The notes beneath the pieces are model-generated. The model had not been told where the DNA came from and did not search any database. It was given only the letters and a program-made list of their open reading frames with translations. A program made the position numbers and the translations under genes. Positions 42,862-53,719 of a DNA stretch of 64,000 nt are shown here, piece by piece; position 1 is the first letter of the stretch; each line of letters begins with the position of its first letter. Source of the stretch: an uncultured delta proteobacterium (lineage in GTDB: Bacteria; Desulfobacterota; Syntrophia; Syntrophales; UBA2192); contig CAVPJD010000032.1 in the NCBI GenBank assembly GCA_963705165.1, positions 1 through 64,000 of the forward strand. Direction: 5' to 3'.

Positions 42862-43894
42862 TCGATGTCCCGTATTCCCTCGCGCCGTTCCGAAGCACGA
42901 GGGCGCCCCTCGGCAGCGACGGGTCCGTTTTCGCCGTGACGGGGCGGCTGCCGAAGCGGGCCTTCAGAAAGGCGCGATTCGCGCTGCCCATCCCGTTGAA
43001 GTTCGACAGGTCCGCCGGGGCCACGTGAAACTCCTGTCCGCTGTCGATGCCGCCGGCCTTCGAAATCAGCTCGAGGGCCATGTCCCTGAAGAGATCCGCT
43101 TCCACGAGGCTGCGAAAAGCCGGGTGCCAGGGGCCGGCAAGGATGCCCCCCTTTCTTTCCATCTCAGCCGTCGACTGCAGCCCCAGGCGTATGACGGGGA
43201 TGCCGGATCGCGTGAATCGCACAAGTGCGACCTTACACCACGAGACGGCCTCATCGAGGCTCAGAGGGAGAAAGTCTCCTCTCTCGTAAAGGCGGGCGAG
43301 TTCCGTGTCCCGGAAGACGAGAAGCGGGTGGATGCGGACGGTGTCGGGCCCGGTGCGGATCACTTCTGTAACGGATGCCTCGAATTTTTCCCGGCTCTCC
43401 CCGGGAAGCCCCGCCATGAGGTGGATGCCCGTCTCGAACCCCTTTTCTTTCAGAATCCCTACGGCCCTTCGGACATCCTCCGCGCTGTGCCCGCGCGCCG
43501 ATTCCCGGAGGACCCCGTCGTCCATGGACTGGGCGCCGATCTCGACGGTACTCACCCCCAACTTTTTCAGCGTGTCGAGCCAGGTCCCTTCGATGTCATC
43601 GGGGCGCGTGGAGAGGCGAATGGAGTGGACCGCACCCTCGACGATGAGCGCCCCGGCCATGCGAAGCAACTCCATCTGCTCCGCGCGGGCCATGCCGGTG
43701 AAACTTCCCCCGTAAAAGGCGATTTCGACGGGGCCGCTTCCCTTGCTCCCGGCGATGGTTGACCTCACCGTTTCGCGAAGGCCCTCTTCCGTGATCGCCT
43801 CGGCATTGCCCGAGATGATCCTCTCGTTGCAGAAGACGCATCGGTGCGGGCAGCCCCGGTTGCGGAGGAAGAAGGGAATGATGAGGGGTTTCAA
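42839..43894 (-). CDS. Radical SAM protein (Elp3/YhcC-like)
   Basis: CPHRCVFC, IAFYGGSFT, STRPD, GPWHPAF. Confidence 0.9.
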   Translation of the reverse strand: MKPLIIPFFLRNRGCPHRCVFCNERIISGNAEAITEEGLRETVRSTIAGSKGSGPVEIAFYGGSFTGMARAEQMELLRMAGALIVEGAVHSIRLSTRPDDIEGTWLDTLKKLGVSTVEIGAQSMDDGVLRESARGHSAEDVRRAVGILKEKGFETGIHLMAGLPGESREKFEASVTEVIRTGPDTVRIHPLLVFRDTELARLYERGDFLPLSLDEAVSWCKVALVRFTRSGIPVIRLGLQSTAEMERKGGILAGPWHPAFRSLVEADLFRDMALELISKAGGIDSGQEFHVAPADLSNFNGMGSANRAFLKARFGSRPVTAKTDPSLPRGALVLRNGAREYGTSIAEVSIV

Positions 43895-43992
43895 ATTTGG
43901 TCTCTCCAGTCTCTCCGGTCTGTCCTGTCTGTCCCGTCTTTTTGGTCGTGGAGCCTGTAGCTCGTCGAAGCCTACAGTCTACAGTCGACAGC

Positions 43993-44814
43993 CTACAGTG
44001 AGGATTCATTGTTGGCTTTTCGCTTTTGGCTGCCGGCTGTCGGCTGTTGGCTCGTAGCCACGCAACGGCCCTCACTCCTGCACTTCTTCACCGCCGTTCG
44101 GGCGGTTCGAAGTCTCTCGATCGCCTCCAGGGCCTTTTTGGCGGCGCGCTGCTCGGCTTCCTTCTTGTTGCGGCCCAGCCCCGCCGTGCTCACGATTTCC
44201 CCGATGCTCACCCTGATTTGGAAGACCTTGTCATGGTCAGGCCCGTACTCCCGGATGACACTGTACCTCGGGATGACCCGGAAGCGGTTCTGTGTGGTTT
44301 CCTGGAGGCTGGTCTTGTAATCGCGGTAAAAGACACCGGCAGCCCCCGTCTCCAGAAGGGGGTGGAATCTCTTTCCGATGAAGTCGAAGGCGCCCGCAAA
44401 CCCCGTGTCACAGTATACGGCGGCGATGATGGCCTCGAAAGCGTTGGCCAGCAGGGAGCTCTTTGCTCTGCCGCCGGAGAGGTCTTCCCCTTTGCCGAGG
44501 AGGAGATAATCACCGACACAGAGTTCCCGGGCGAGCCCCGCCAGGGGCCTTTCGTTGACGATGGTGGAACGGATCTTGGAGAGATCCCCCTCGGTGCACT
44601 CCGGGAACTTCTTCACCAGCATGTCCGTGATGCACAGGGTGAGGACGGCGTCGCCGAGAAACTCGAGACGCTCGTTGTCCTGCAACACGAGGTCGGGGTT
44701 TTCGTTGGCGTAGGACCGGTGCGTGAGGGCGCAATCCAGAAAGGAGGGGTCTCTGAATTTGTACCCCAGGGCTTCCTCCAGTCCGGCAAGCTGTTCCATG
44801 CGCTCACTGTTCAT
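43993..44814 (-). CDS. rnc: Ribonuclease III (C-terminus runs into a repeat; true stop may be earlier)
   Basis: NERLEFLGDAVL, DYKTSLQE, GPDHDKVF. Confidence 0.95.
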   Translation of the reverse strand: MNSERMEQLAGLEEALGYKFRDPSFLDCALTHRSYANENPDLVLQDNERLEFLGDAVLTLCITDMLVKKFPECTEGDLSKIRSTIVNERPLAGLARELCVGDYLLLGKGEDLSGGRAKSSLLANAFEAIIAAVYCDTGFAGAFDFIGKRFHPLLETGAAGVFYRDYKTSLQETTQNRFRVIPRYSVIREYGPDHDKVFQIRVSIGEIVSTAGLGRNKKEAEQRAAKKALEAIERLRTARTAVKKCRSEGRCVATSQQPTAGSQKRKANNESSL

Positions 44815-46171
44815 GGCAGACCCGGCCGGTTGCGATGCCGGCATCAGAGGATTCGATGATGACATCGACAAAACGGTTCATCATGCTCCTGCTCCCGCCC
44901 AGCAGGCATACCGGGATGTAATTGCCGGTGAACCCCTTCAGGCGGCCTGTTTTCCTGTCACGGCTCTGCTCGACGAGGACAACCTGCGTCGAGCCTGCAA
45001 AACGATTTACAAAGGCTTCCCGCTTGGCAAGCCCAAGGCCCCTGAGCACCGCCGCGCGCGCGGCCCTGACGTTTTCCTCCACTTTTCCGGGCATGCCCGA
45101 TGCCGCCGTGCCCGGCCGCTCCGAGTAGGGGAAGACATGGAGGTAGGCCACCGGGAGCTCCCGGAGCAGGGCCATCGTGTTCTCGAATTCGTGATCCCCC
45201 TCTCCGGGGAATCCGGCCATGACATCGACGCCGATCGCAAGGTCGGGGATTTCCGAGACGAGCCGCTCGATCCGTTCCCTGAAACATTCCCGGTCGTAGT
45301 GCCTTCCCATGGCGGCAAGGATGCGGTCATCGCCGCTCTGAAGCGGGATGTGCAGGTGCCGGCACAGCCACGTCGAGTCCCGGAGGCATGCAATCAGCTC
45401 ATCGGTCACCTCCATGGGTTCGATCGAGCTGAGCCTGAGCCTCCCGATCTGCCCCGCATCCCCGATCCGGCGCAGGAGCGATGGCATGTCCGAGGACGGG
45501 GTCAGATCCTGCCCCCATGCGCCGAGGTGGATTCCCGTGAGGACTATCTCGCGATAGCCCGAGGCGGCCAGGGATGCGACGCGTTCAAGGACGCGATCCT
45601 CCGCCATGCTGCGGCTGGGCCCTCTTGCTTTCGGAACGATGCAGTAACTGCACCGGGAATTGCACCCGTCCTGGATTTTGAGGAAAGCCCTCGTCCGTCC
45701 GGGAAAGCGATCGGGGGTGAGACCAGAGAACTGCCGGGCCTGCCCGATATCCCGGACAAACACGTCTGCAGGGCCTCCGTTCAGGGTCCCGACAAGCCCC
45801 GGGATAAGCTCTTTTTCGACGTTCCCTGCGACAAGGCGCACGTTGGGCAGCTCCTTGAGCAGATCCGGCGCCACCTGGGCATAGCAGCCTGTGACGATGA
45901 CGGGCGCTCCGGGGCTGCGCCTTGCCGCCCTCCGGATGAGCTGTCGGGACTGGAAATCCGTCCGTGCCGTCACCGTGCAGGTGTTGATGATAAAGACATC
46001 GGCATCGGCGTCGAAGCCGACCACGGTGTGACCCAACTGCGTCAGGCGATCCGCCATGGCCGCCGATTCGCACTGGTTCACTTTGCAGCCCAGCGTTGCC
46101 AGGGCAACCCTTCTGGGCGATTCCACCGGCATGCTTCCATCCCGGCCTTGTTTGTCCTGGCTTTTGTTCAT
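44804..46171 (-). CDS. mtaB: tRNA t6A37 methylthiotransferase
   Basis: TLGCKVNQ, INTCTVT, RTRAFLKIQDGCNSRCSYC, VLTGIHLG. Confidence 0.93.
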   Translation of the reverse strand: MNKSQDKQGRDGSMPVESPRRVALATLGCKVNQCESAAMADRLTQLGHTVVGFDADADVFIINTCTVTARTDFQSRQLIRRAARRSPGAPVIVTGCYAQVAPDLLKELPNVRLVAGNVEKELIPGLVGTLNGGPADVFVRDIGQARQFSGLTPDRFPGRTRAFLKIQDGCNSRCSYCIVPKARGPSRSMAEDRVLERVASLAASGYREIVLTGIHLGAWGQDLTPSSDMPSLLRRIGDAGQIGRLRLSSIEPMEVTDELIACLRDSTWLCRHLHIPLQSGDDRILAAMGRHYDRECFRERIERLVSEIPDLAIGVDVMAGFPGEGDHEFENTMALLRELPVAYLHVFPYSERPGTAASGMPGKVEENVRAARAAVLRGLGLAKREAFVNRFAGSTQVVLVEQSRDRKTGRLKGFTGNYIPVCLLGGSRSMMNRFVDVIIESSDAGIATGRVCHEQ

Positions 46172-46364
46172 GGTCCTCACCGTGCCGAGCCGTCGCGGCG
46201 ACCTCCCGATCGCTGCCTGAAGACGGGGGTGCATTCCCGTTTCGGCACGTTTCTTGAACTTAGCAATCTAGACTGGGGAATGTGCTTTGTCAAGGCGCAA
46301 TAATTAGTGGATATCACAGAGGAATCGTGTTAATCAACCTTATACCGCACAAGGAGGGATCGCG

Positions 46365-46709
46365 ATGGATGCCATTGCCGGCTTCATGTCCGAAAATGGG
46401 GTAATCGTCCTTCTCATCATCCTTGCCGCCGTCGGTCTGTTCTGGCTCCTCAGCCGCTTCTTCAAGCTGACGCTCATCGTCGCCAGTGTCGTTCTGGTCC
46501 TGCTTGCCTTCCAGCACTTCGTCCCGTCCGGTGACCTGAAAACGAAATTCAAAGGGGTCGTCGACAAGGTCGTGGCCAAAGGGGGCGATTTCATGGAGAG
46601 CACCAAGGAGTTTTTCGCCGGCCAGAAGGGCAATCTGAATAAGCACATGGACGAAGCCCTGAAGACCGGCGATAAGAAGGAGGCGGACAGGGGAAGCAAG
46701 AAAAAGTGA
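46365..46709 (+). CDS. Small membrane protein, unknown function
   Basis: GGAGG RBS, two TM segments, charged tail. Confidence 0.75.
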   Translation: MDAIAGFMSENGVIVLLIILAAVGLFWLLSRFFKLTLIVASVVLVLLAFQHFVPSGDLKTKFKGVVDKVVAKGGDFMESTKEFFAGQKGNLNKHMDEALKTGDKKEADRGSKKK

Positions 46710-46713
46710 AAAA

Positions 46714-46830
46714 AGTGTCTGAGTGTTTAAGTGTCTTAGTGAAGAAAGAGAGGCAAGATAAAAGACCGACAATTGCCGAATCTTTCTTTCTCTTCACTCA
46801 AACACTCAGACACTTAAACACTTAGACACT
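46714..46830. repeat. Family B element: (AGTGTCTG)n-AGTGAAGA ... TCTTCACT-(CAGACACT)n octamer inverted arms
   Basis: Full copies here and at 51099-51226; half copies at ~7401-7437, 17431-17471, 19941-19980, 21221-21260, 23661-23684, 30425-30465. Confidence 0.9.
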
Positions 46831-46837
46831 TTTTTAT

Positions 46838-47257
46838 TCAGAACAGGTCAATTGCCATGGCCCTGGCTGGACATGCCGTCACGCAGAACTCGCAGCCGTT
46901 GCAGCGTTCCGCGTCGAAGATGATTTTCGATGTCTTCGGGTCCGTGTAAAGTGCCTCGGTCGGGCAGAAGGCGACACAGGCCCCGCAGTGAACGCACTTG
47001 TCGGTATTCTGGGTTACGCTTTTCGAAAGGGGTTCCACACGGAGCCCCTTTTCTTTCATGAACCGCACCCCGGCGTCGAAATTCTCTTTCGTGCCGCTCA
47101 GCTCCAGGACCATAACACCTTCACGGCGGGGAAAGATCCTTGCCTTGAGTATGTTGAAATCCAGATCGTACGTCTTGGCGAGCTTGCACGCGATCGGCTG
47201 ATCGACGATATCTGCGCTGTAGCGTATGACGACTTTTTTGGTTACTGTTTCTGTCAT
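46838..47257 (-). CDS. NIL domain + 2x[4Fe-4S] ferredoxin protein
   Basis: FNILKA; CVHCGACVAFCP and CNGCEFCVTACP. Confidence 0.9.
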   Translation of the reverse strand: MTETVTKKVVIRYSADIVDQPIACKLAKTYDLDFNILKARIFPRREGVMVLELSGTKENFDAGVRFMKEKGLRVEPLSKSVTQNTDKCVHCGACVAFCPTEALYTDPKTSKIIFDAERCNGCEFCVTACPARAMAIDLF

Positions 47258-47343
47258 TTTCTCATTCCTGCCTGTTTCACCCAACCTAAGTGATCACCCT
47301 GGGTTTGTCAAGGAGCTTCTCCCGGTTCCGGGCCGCCAGGGGC

Positions 47344-47811
47344 TCAGATGAGGGCCTTCCAGTCCATCAGCGGGAAGGTGACGTGAAGCGAGTGGTCGTC
47401 GTCGACAAGGTGGTAATCAAGGTTTTCGAAAACCTTTCCCGCGATGGCCTTCACGGCGGCCGGCGGCACCACGTCATCGTTTCGCCCGTGAAAGAGCGAC
47501 ACGGGGACATTTACCCGCTTGCCCAGAAAACGCCCGAAGTCCGGGACGTGGAGGGCCGGCGCAAGCAGGATGACCCTTCTCACCCTGTTTTCGTTCTCGC
47601 AGGCATAAATGGCGGCCATGAGACCCCCGAAACTGGAGCCGACGAGGATCAAATCCTTCAGGCCCGCCAGAAGCCGGTTGAGCTTTTTCATCCGCTCATC
47701 GAGGGGGCCGCTGAAATCCTCGATGATCATGTCGGGATAGCGCTCCCGGAAGAAGACCCCTTTTGCGCCCTGGCTGCTGCTTTCCAGCCCGTGAATGAAC
47801 ACCCGTGTCAT
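47344..47811 (-). CDS. Alpha/beta hydrolase (YqiA/YcfP-like)
   Basis: FIHGLESS, GSSFGG, HGRNDDVVP, DDHSL. Confidence 0.88.
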   Translation of the reverse strand: MTRVFIHGLESSSQGAKGVFFRERYPDMIIEDFSGPLDERMKKLNRLLAGLKDLILVGSSFGGLMAAIYACENENRVRRVILLAPALHVPDFGRFLGKRVNVPVSLFHGRNDDVVPPAAVKAIAGKVFENLDYHLVDDDHSLHVTFPLMDWKALI

Positions 47812-48028
47812 CTTATACCCCCTGAAAGTGGCTAGCGTCTTATAACTGCTCGCGGAGATTTTATCAACCGCCTCAATAGGGTACAGGGTACAGGGTACAG
47901 GGTACAGGGTACAGGGTACAGGGTACAGCACCTCTTAACCCTTGACCCTTAACCCTGACCCCTGAACCCTGCGTATTGTTGCTTTGTAAAGAGCGATATG
48001 CTAAACACCTTTTTTTCAGGAGGTGTCT

Positions 48029-49270
48029 ATGGCACGGGTGATTCCGTTCAGGGCCGTGAGGCCGCAAAGGAAATATGCCGGCGAAGTGGCCTCGTTTCCT
48101 TACGATGTTCTCGACCGTGAAGAGGGGAGGGCAATCGTCCGGGATAACCCCCGAAACTTCCTGCGCGTGGAAAAATCCGAAATCGATGTCCCGGACGAGA
48201 TCCGTGATGATGACCCCCGGGTCTTCGCCAGGGCCCGCGAGAATCTGCGGAACTTCATCGGGGAGGGCATACTCTTCCAGGAAGACAAACCCTGTTTTTA
48301 CGTATACAGGCAGAAGGCGGCGGGCCGCGAGCAATACGGACTCGTGGGCTGCGTGAGCGTGGCCGAGTATGAGGCGGGACTCATCAAGAAGCACGAACTC
48401 ACCCGTGTCGACAAGGAAAACGAACGGGTGAATCACATCGAAACAGCGGGGGCTCAGACGGGGCTCGTCTTTCTTCTCTACCGCTCCAGAGAGGCGATCG
48501 ACAGGATCATTGCCGCGATCATGAAAGCCCCCCCGGAGTATGATTTCACCACACCGGACGGCGTTACCCACACGGCCTGGGTCGTCTGCGACGACGGGAC
48601 CATCGATGAACTGAAACGGGAATTCTCGAAGGTGGAGTGCCTTTACATTGCAGACGGGCATCACCGTGCGGCATCGGCTGCCACGGTGGCGCGGGCAAGG
48701 CGCGGGAGAAACGCGGCGCACAACGGGGCGGAGGAGTACAATACCTTTGTGGCCACCCTGTTCTCCCACGAGCAGCTCAAGATCCTGGACTACAACCGCG
48801 TCGTGAAGGATCTGCAGGGGATGACCGGGCAGGAATTCCTGCACCGGATCGGCGAGAAGTTCACCGTCATGCCCGGTTTCACAAAACGGTCGCCCTCGAG
48901 CCCCCATCAGTTCGGCATGTATCTCCAGGGAACCTGGTACCGGCTCGAGGTAAAACCGGCAATCTACGGAAAAGCCGATCTCATCGGGAAGCTCGACGTT
49001 TCCATCCTCCAGGATCATCTCCTGGGGTCCGTTCTCGGGATCAAGGACCCGCGGACGGATGACCGGATCAAGTTCGTCGGTGGGATCCGCGGAATGGACG
49101 AACTGGAGCGGATGGTGGATCAACTGGGCTATGCCGTGGCCTTCTCTCTTTGCCCCCCGGGGATTTCCGAGTTGATCCGCATTGCCGATGCGGGGATGAT
49201 CATGCCCCCGAAATCCACCTGGTTCGAACCGAAGCTCAGAAGCGGGCTGTTTGTGCACCTTATAGACTAG
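48029..49270 (+). CDS. DUF1015 family protein
   Basis: PYDV, IKKHELT, YIADGHHR, MPPKSTWFEPKLRSGL. Confidence 0.92.
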   Translation: MARVIPFRAVRPQRKYAGEVASFPYDVLDREEGRAIVRDNPRNFLRVEKSEIDVPDEIRDDDPRVFARARENLRNFIGEGILFQEDKPCFYVYRQKAAGREQYGLVGCVSVAEYEAGLIKKHELTRVDKENERVNHIETAGAQTGLVFLLYRSREAIDRIIAAIMKAPPEYDFTTPDGVTHTAWVVCDDGTIDELKREFSKVECLYIADGHHRAASAATVARARRGRNAAHNGAEEYNTFVATLFSHEQLKILDYNRVVKDLQGMTGQEFLHRIGEKFTVMPGFTKRSPSSPHQFGMYLQGTWYRLEVKPAIYGKADLIGKLDVSILQDHLLGSVLGIKDPRTDDRIKFVGGIRGMDELERMVDQLGYAVAFSLCPPGISELIRIADAGMIMPPKSTWFEPKLRSGLFVHLID

Positions 49271-49406
49271 GACTGCGGGTCGAGGTAGCCGACAGCCGAC
49301 AGCCAACAGCCGACAGGATTGAGTTACATACGAATCTCTGCCCTCTTCTTTGGCTGTAGACTGTAGGCTGTAGGCTGTAGGCTGTGTAGCGAAACAGGCG
49401 GCACCG

Positions 49407-50171
49407 ATGGACCGATCCGATTCACTGATACGGGAAGACGAGACACTCGAGTCCCTTTTCGGGGGGCGGCTGAAGATTCTCCAGAAGAAAAAGGGTTACC
49501 GGTACACGATCGACTCCGTCCTGCTGGCCTATTTCGTTGAACCGAAAAAAAAGGATCGGATCCTCGAGCTTGGGGCCGGGAGCGGCGTGATCAGCCTTCT
49601 GCTGGCCTTCCGGCATCCCGGTGTCCAGGTGACGGGATTGGAGCTTCAGGCCGATCTTGCCGATATGGCGGGGCGCAGTGTTTCCATCAATGGCCTCGAA
49701 GAACGAGTGAAGATGATCCGGGGGGATGCCCGGAAGGTCGCCGAATTCCTGGAAACCCGATCCCATGACGTCGCGATTTTCAATCCGCCCTATCGAAAGA
49801 TGGGCTCGGGGCAGGTGAACCCTGCGTCGGAAAAGGCCCTGGCCCGGCACGAAATTGCGGGATCCATTGCCGATTTCCTCAAGGCCGCTTCCCACGCGCT
49901 CGAACCAGGCGGCCGGGTTTGCATGATTTACCCCTGCTCGCGCATGGTGGAGGCCATCCATCGAATGAGAGCGGGGAAGATGGAACCGAAGAGGCTGCGC
50001 ATGGTTCATTCACGGCCGGGATCGAGGGGCGATTTCGTCCTTGTGGAAGGAGTGAAAGGAGGCGGCGAGGAGCTGGCCGTTCTTCCGCCGCTGTTCATAT
50101 ATAAGGGAGGCGAAGGGTATTCGGAGGAACTGGAAGCACTGTTCAGAAATCTTTCCGACCCCGCAGGATAG
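49407..50171 (+). CDS. tRNA1(Val) A37 N6-methyltransferase-like
   Basis: YRYTIDSVLLA, ELGAGSG, NPPY, ARHE. Confidence 0.88.
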   Translation: MDRSDSLIREDETLESLFGGRLKILQKKKGYRYTIDSVLLAYFVEPKKKDRILELGAGSGVISLLLAFRHPGVQVTGLELQADLADMAGRSVSINGLEERVKMIRGDARKVAEFLETRSHDVAIFNPPYRKMGSGQVNPASEKALARHEIAGSIADFLKAASHALEPGGRVCMIYPCSRMVEAIHRMRAGKMEPKRLRMVHSRPGSRGDFVLVEGVKGGGEELAVLPPLFIYKGGEGYSEELEALFRNLSDPAG

Positions 50172-50637
50172 ACCGCGTCATTGTTTTTTGCAGGATCTCT
50201 TTCAGATCCGGGTCGGTCACGCCGGCGAGGGTTTCGCGGATGTAGTCGCTTTCTTCCGCCTTCAGATCGCGGGCGTCAAGCAGCACCTCCGGCTCGGCGT
50301 GTTTGACGCGCGGGGCCTCGACTTCGCCGATGAAGAACCGGATCTGCGAAACTTTCGTCCCGCCGAGGATCCCGTTGAGTTTCGAGATGATGTCCTGTTT
50401 CATGAACTGGAGTTCATGCATCCAGACGGAGTTGGCCACACGGACATAGAGCACATCGTCTTTGAGCCTGTCCGGCTGGGCCTTGGCACCGATCTGCGGC
50501 CCCACGGCGCGATTCCAGGCGTCGGTGAGCGAACGGTCCTTCATGGGAACATGGAGGGCCTTCATTTTCAAGGCTTCGGGGAGGATCTCCCCGAGCAGCC
50601 GTGGTGTCGATGAGCCTTTTCGCCGCCTCATGACCAC
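50143..50637 (-). CDS. DUF721 / DciA-like protein
   Basis: WNRAVGPQI...LYVRVANSVWMHELQFMK...IISKLN. Confidence 0.85.
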   Translation of the reverse strand: MVMRRRKGSSTPRLLGEILPEALKMKALHVPMKDRSLTDAWNRAVGPQIGAKAQPDRLKDDVLYVRVANSVWMHELQFMKQDIISKLNGILGGTKVSQIRFFIGEVEAPRVKHAEPEVLLDARDLKAEESDYIRETLAGVTDPDLKEILQKTMTRSILRGRKDF

Positions 50638-50726
50638 AACATGGCACAGGCGGACGCGGCAGTCAAGGGGAGCAGGGTACAGGGTATAGGGTACAGGGTA
50701 CAGGGGTAGCTAATACAGGTAATTGA

Positions 50727-51086
<360 letters not shown>

Positions 51087-51274
51087 CCGAGAGAAAGAAG
51101 TGTCTGAGTGAGAAGAAGTGTCTGAGTGTCTGAGTGAAGAAGGAAAAGCAAGATCGAGGATGAAGAATTGCCGGGTTCTTTCTTCCTCTTCACTCAAGCA
51201 CTCAGACACTTAGACACTTAGACACTTCTACACTGCCGCTTCGCGGCAAGACGGAATAGACGGAGAGGTATTTT

Positions 51275-52843
51275 ATGAATTCGGTTGTCGTCAAGGCCAA
51301 CATGGTCGTTTTCATTGCCAGTTTCTGCACGCTCGTCATCGAACTCGTGGCGGGACGGATCATGGCGCCCTACGTGGGGGTTTCCCTGTACACGTGGACA
51401 AGCATCATCGGGGTCGTGCTTGCCGGGATCAGCATCGGCGCCTGGGTCGGCGGGACCCTTGCGGACCGCTATCCCCGCCCGGCAACCCTGGGGTGGCTGC
51501 TCTTTCTGTCGGGCATCGGCGCCCTGACCATCGCACCCCTGACGGACCTGATCGGAGCCGCGCCGCTCCAGACGACGCTGATGCTGCGCATCCTGCTGCT
51601 CACGACGGCCATCTTCTTTGTTCCCTCGATGCTCCTCGGCATGATCTCGCCCGTCGTGGTGAAGCTCACGCTGGACAACCTCAGCCGCACGGGAAACATC
51701 GTGGGAAAGATCTATGCCTTCTCCACCCTGGGCTCCATCATCGGGACCTTCGCCACGGGGTTCTTCCTCATCTCCTGGATGGGAACGCGCAGCATCCTGC
51801 TCACCATGGGGGCCATCCTGATCGTGTCTGCCTTCGTTTTCGGCGGGCTGTTCCTGAAGCGGAAGGCCGCTGTCATATCCGTCGTCGCAGTCGTCTCCGT
51901 CAGCGTTTTCCTCTTCACGATGTTCGGCTATGCCTACAAGCCCCTGCTTGACGAGAAGGTCTACTACTACAAGGAGAGCGACTACTTCACGATCAAGCTG
52001 ATGAAATACCCCATCAAGGGCGGGACGGTCGAGGGGGAGGCCCTCATCCTGGACAACCTGATCCACTCGATCAATGACGTGAACGACCCCGCTTTTCTCG
52101 ATTACGACTACATCCGGATCTATGAAGAACTGGTCAGCTGGCAGATGAATAGCCGGTCATCCGTCGACGCGCTCTTCATCGGCGGGGGAGGGTACACCTT
52201 TCCCCGTTACATGGAGGCGAAATACGCCGGGGCGCGTATCGACGTCGTGGAGATCGACCCGGAGGTTACCCGTGTCGTGTACGAATACCTGGGCCTGCCC
52301 CGCAGCACCACCATACGATCCTTCAACGAGGACGGCCGCTGGTTCGTCATGAATTCGAAGGACAAGGGGCGCTACGACTTCATCTTCGGGGATGCCTTCA
52401 ATGATATCTCCATCCCCTACCATCTGACGACGAAGGAATTCGCCCTGCAGATGAAGGCGCTCCTCAAGCCCGACGGGCTGCTCATCGCGAACCTCATCGA
52501 CAGCGTCACCGAGGGGCTGTTCCTCCCGTCCTACATCCGGACACTCGAGGAGGTCTTCGGGAAGGGCAATGTGCACCTTCTCGTCCTGGCGCCGGAGCTT
52601 CGAAAGCTGGGGATTGCCACGTGCGTTGTTGTCGCGAGCCCGAAGAAGTGGGATATGGAGGATTTCGCCCGCGTGATCGAGAGCAGGGGCGGGAAAGCCA
52701 TGACCGCCAAAATCGTCCCCCAGGAGAGCCTCCAGCAGATCCTCCGCGAACGCCCTTCGGTGATCCTCACCGATGATTACGTCCCCGTGGACAACCTGAC
52801 GGCCCCCATATTCGAGGCGAGGTACGGGTACAAGAAGAAGTGA
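51275..52843 (+). CDS. Membrane domain fused to spermidine-synthase-like methyltransferase
   Basis: N-terminal TMs; IGGGGYTFP, VEIDP, GDAF, LTTKEF, LTDDYVPV. Confidence 0.9.
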   Translation: MNSVVVKANMVVFIASFCTLVIELVAGRIMAPYVGVSLYTWTSIIGVVLAGISIGAWVGGTLADRYPRPATLGWLLFLSGIGALTIAPLTDLIGAAPLQTTLMLRILLLTTAIFFVPSMLLGMISPVVVKLTLDNLSRTGNIVGKIYAFSTLGSIIGTFATGFFLISWMGTRSILLTMGAILIVSAFVFGGLFLKRKAAVISVVAVVSVSVFLFTMFGYAYKPLLDEKVYYYKESDYFTIKLMKYPIKGGTVEGEALILDNLIHSINDVNDPAFLDYDYIRIYEELVSWQMNSRSSVDALFIGGGGYTFPRYMEAKYAGARIDVVEIDPEVTRVVYEYLGLPRSTTIRSFNEDGRWFVMNSKDKGRYDFIFGDAFNDISIPYHLTTKEFALQMKALLKPDGLLIANLIDSVTEGLFLPSYIRTLEEVFGKGNVHLLVLAPELRKLGIATCVVVASPKKWDMEDFARVIESRGGKAMTAKIVPQESLQQILRERPSVILTDDYVPVDNLTAPIFEARYGYKKK

Positions 52844-53072
52844 CAGAAGCAAAAAGCCGACAGCCGAAAGAACAGCCAACAGCCAACAGCCAACAGCCAA
52901 CAGATCCACACTTTATACTGTCTCTTTTGTACTGTAGGCTGTCGACTGTAGGCTGTAGGCTTCGCGACACCAGCTTGGGTGAGCGATTGTCTGGAGCATT
53001 GCCTTCCGAGTCGTTATGGTGTAGATAGAAAAAGATGTCAAAACCAAGAAACAATTGAACCGGGGCGCTGCC

Positions 53073-53567
53073 ATGGATGAAAGAGAACGACAGAAACTGA
53101 TCCAAAGGCTCAAAACCGTAAAAACGTCCGGGGAGCGGGACGAGATCCTCTGGTACCTGGCGGGGCAGGACAAAACGGCCAGGGAAAAACCACAGAGGGC
53201 TGAAGCAACGGGCACCAGCAAACGATCCCCTTGGGTACTAGCGAGGAAGGATAAAACGGCCAGCGGAGGACCACAGAGGGTGGAAGCAACGGCCACCAGC
53301 CAGCCAACCCCTGCCAAGACGGAAGGCGGGACGCAGATCCGCCTGCCTTTGGGAAAACTCGGCGGCTTCGGGTCCATCACCGCGCTGATGTTTCTGTTCT
53401 ATGGCCTGGTCGCCATCGTCTCCGCGGTGATGAAAATCATGCAGGGCCAGCTGGACAGCGACGAGATCCGGCAGCTCATCATTGGCGGCGTTTTTGTCTT
53501 CTTCGGCATCGTCATCTTCATCAAGGCAAAGCGCGCGCAGCGTAAGGCCTCTTCTGAGAGCGCTTAG
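53073..53567 (+). CDS. Hypothetical membrane protein with an internal repeat
   Basis: DKTA...PQR.EAT.TS occurs twice; two C-terminal TMs. Confidence 0.7.
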   Translation: MDERERQKLIQRLKTVKTSGERDEILWYLAGQDKTAREKPQRAEATGTSKRSPWVLARKDKTASGGPQRVEATATSQPTPAKTEGGTQIRLPLGKLGGFGSITALMFLFYGLVAIVSAVMKIMQGQLDSDEIRQLIIGGVFVFFGIVIFIKAKRAQRKASSESA

Positions 53568-53719
53568 GCAGGCGCACCCCCCGTCAGGAAGAGAAACCGA
53601 ATTTTCTCCCTCACCCCGGCCCTCTCCTGTAAGAGGAAAGGGAGTTGTCACCCTCACCCTGACCCTCTCCCCTCAGGAGAGGGAACCTGTAAGGTAGTCA
53701 GTTTCCCGGGCTGCCCCGG

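Noticed and set aside
44723..46303. Long antisense ORFs (e.g. opposite mtaB, der, ycaO, VWA, DUF1015)
   Set aside because: Shadow ORFs expected from high-GC codon bias; no recognisable motifs
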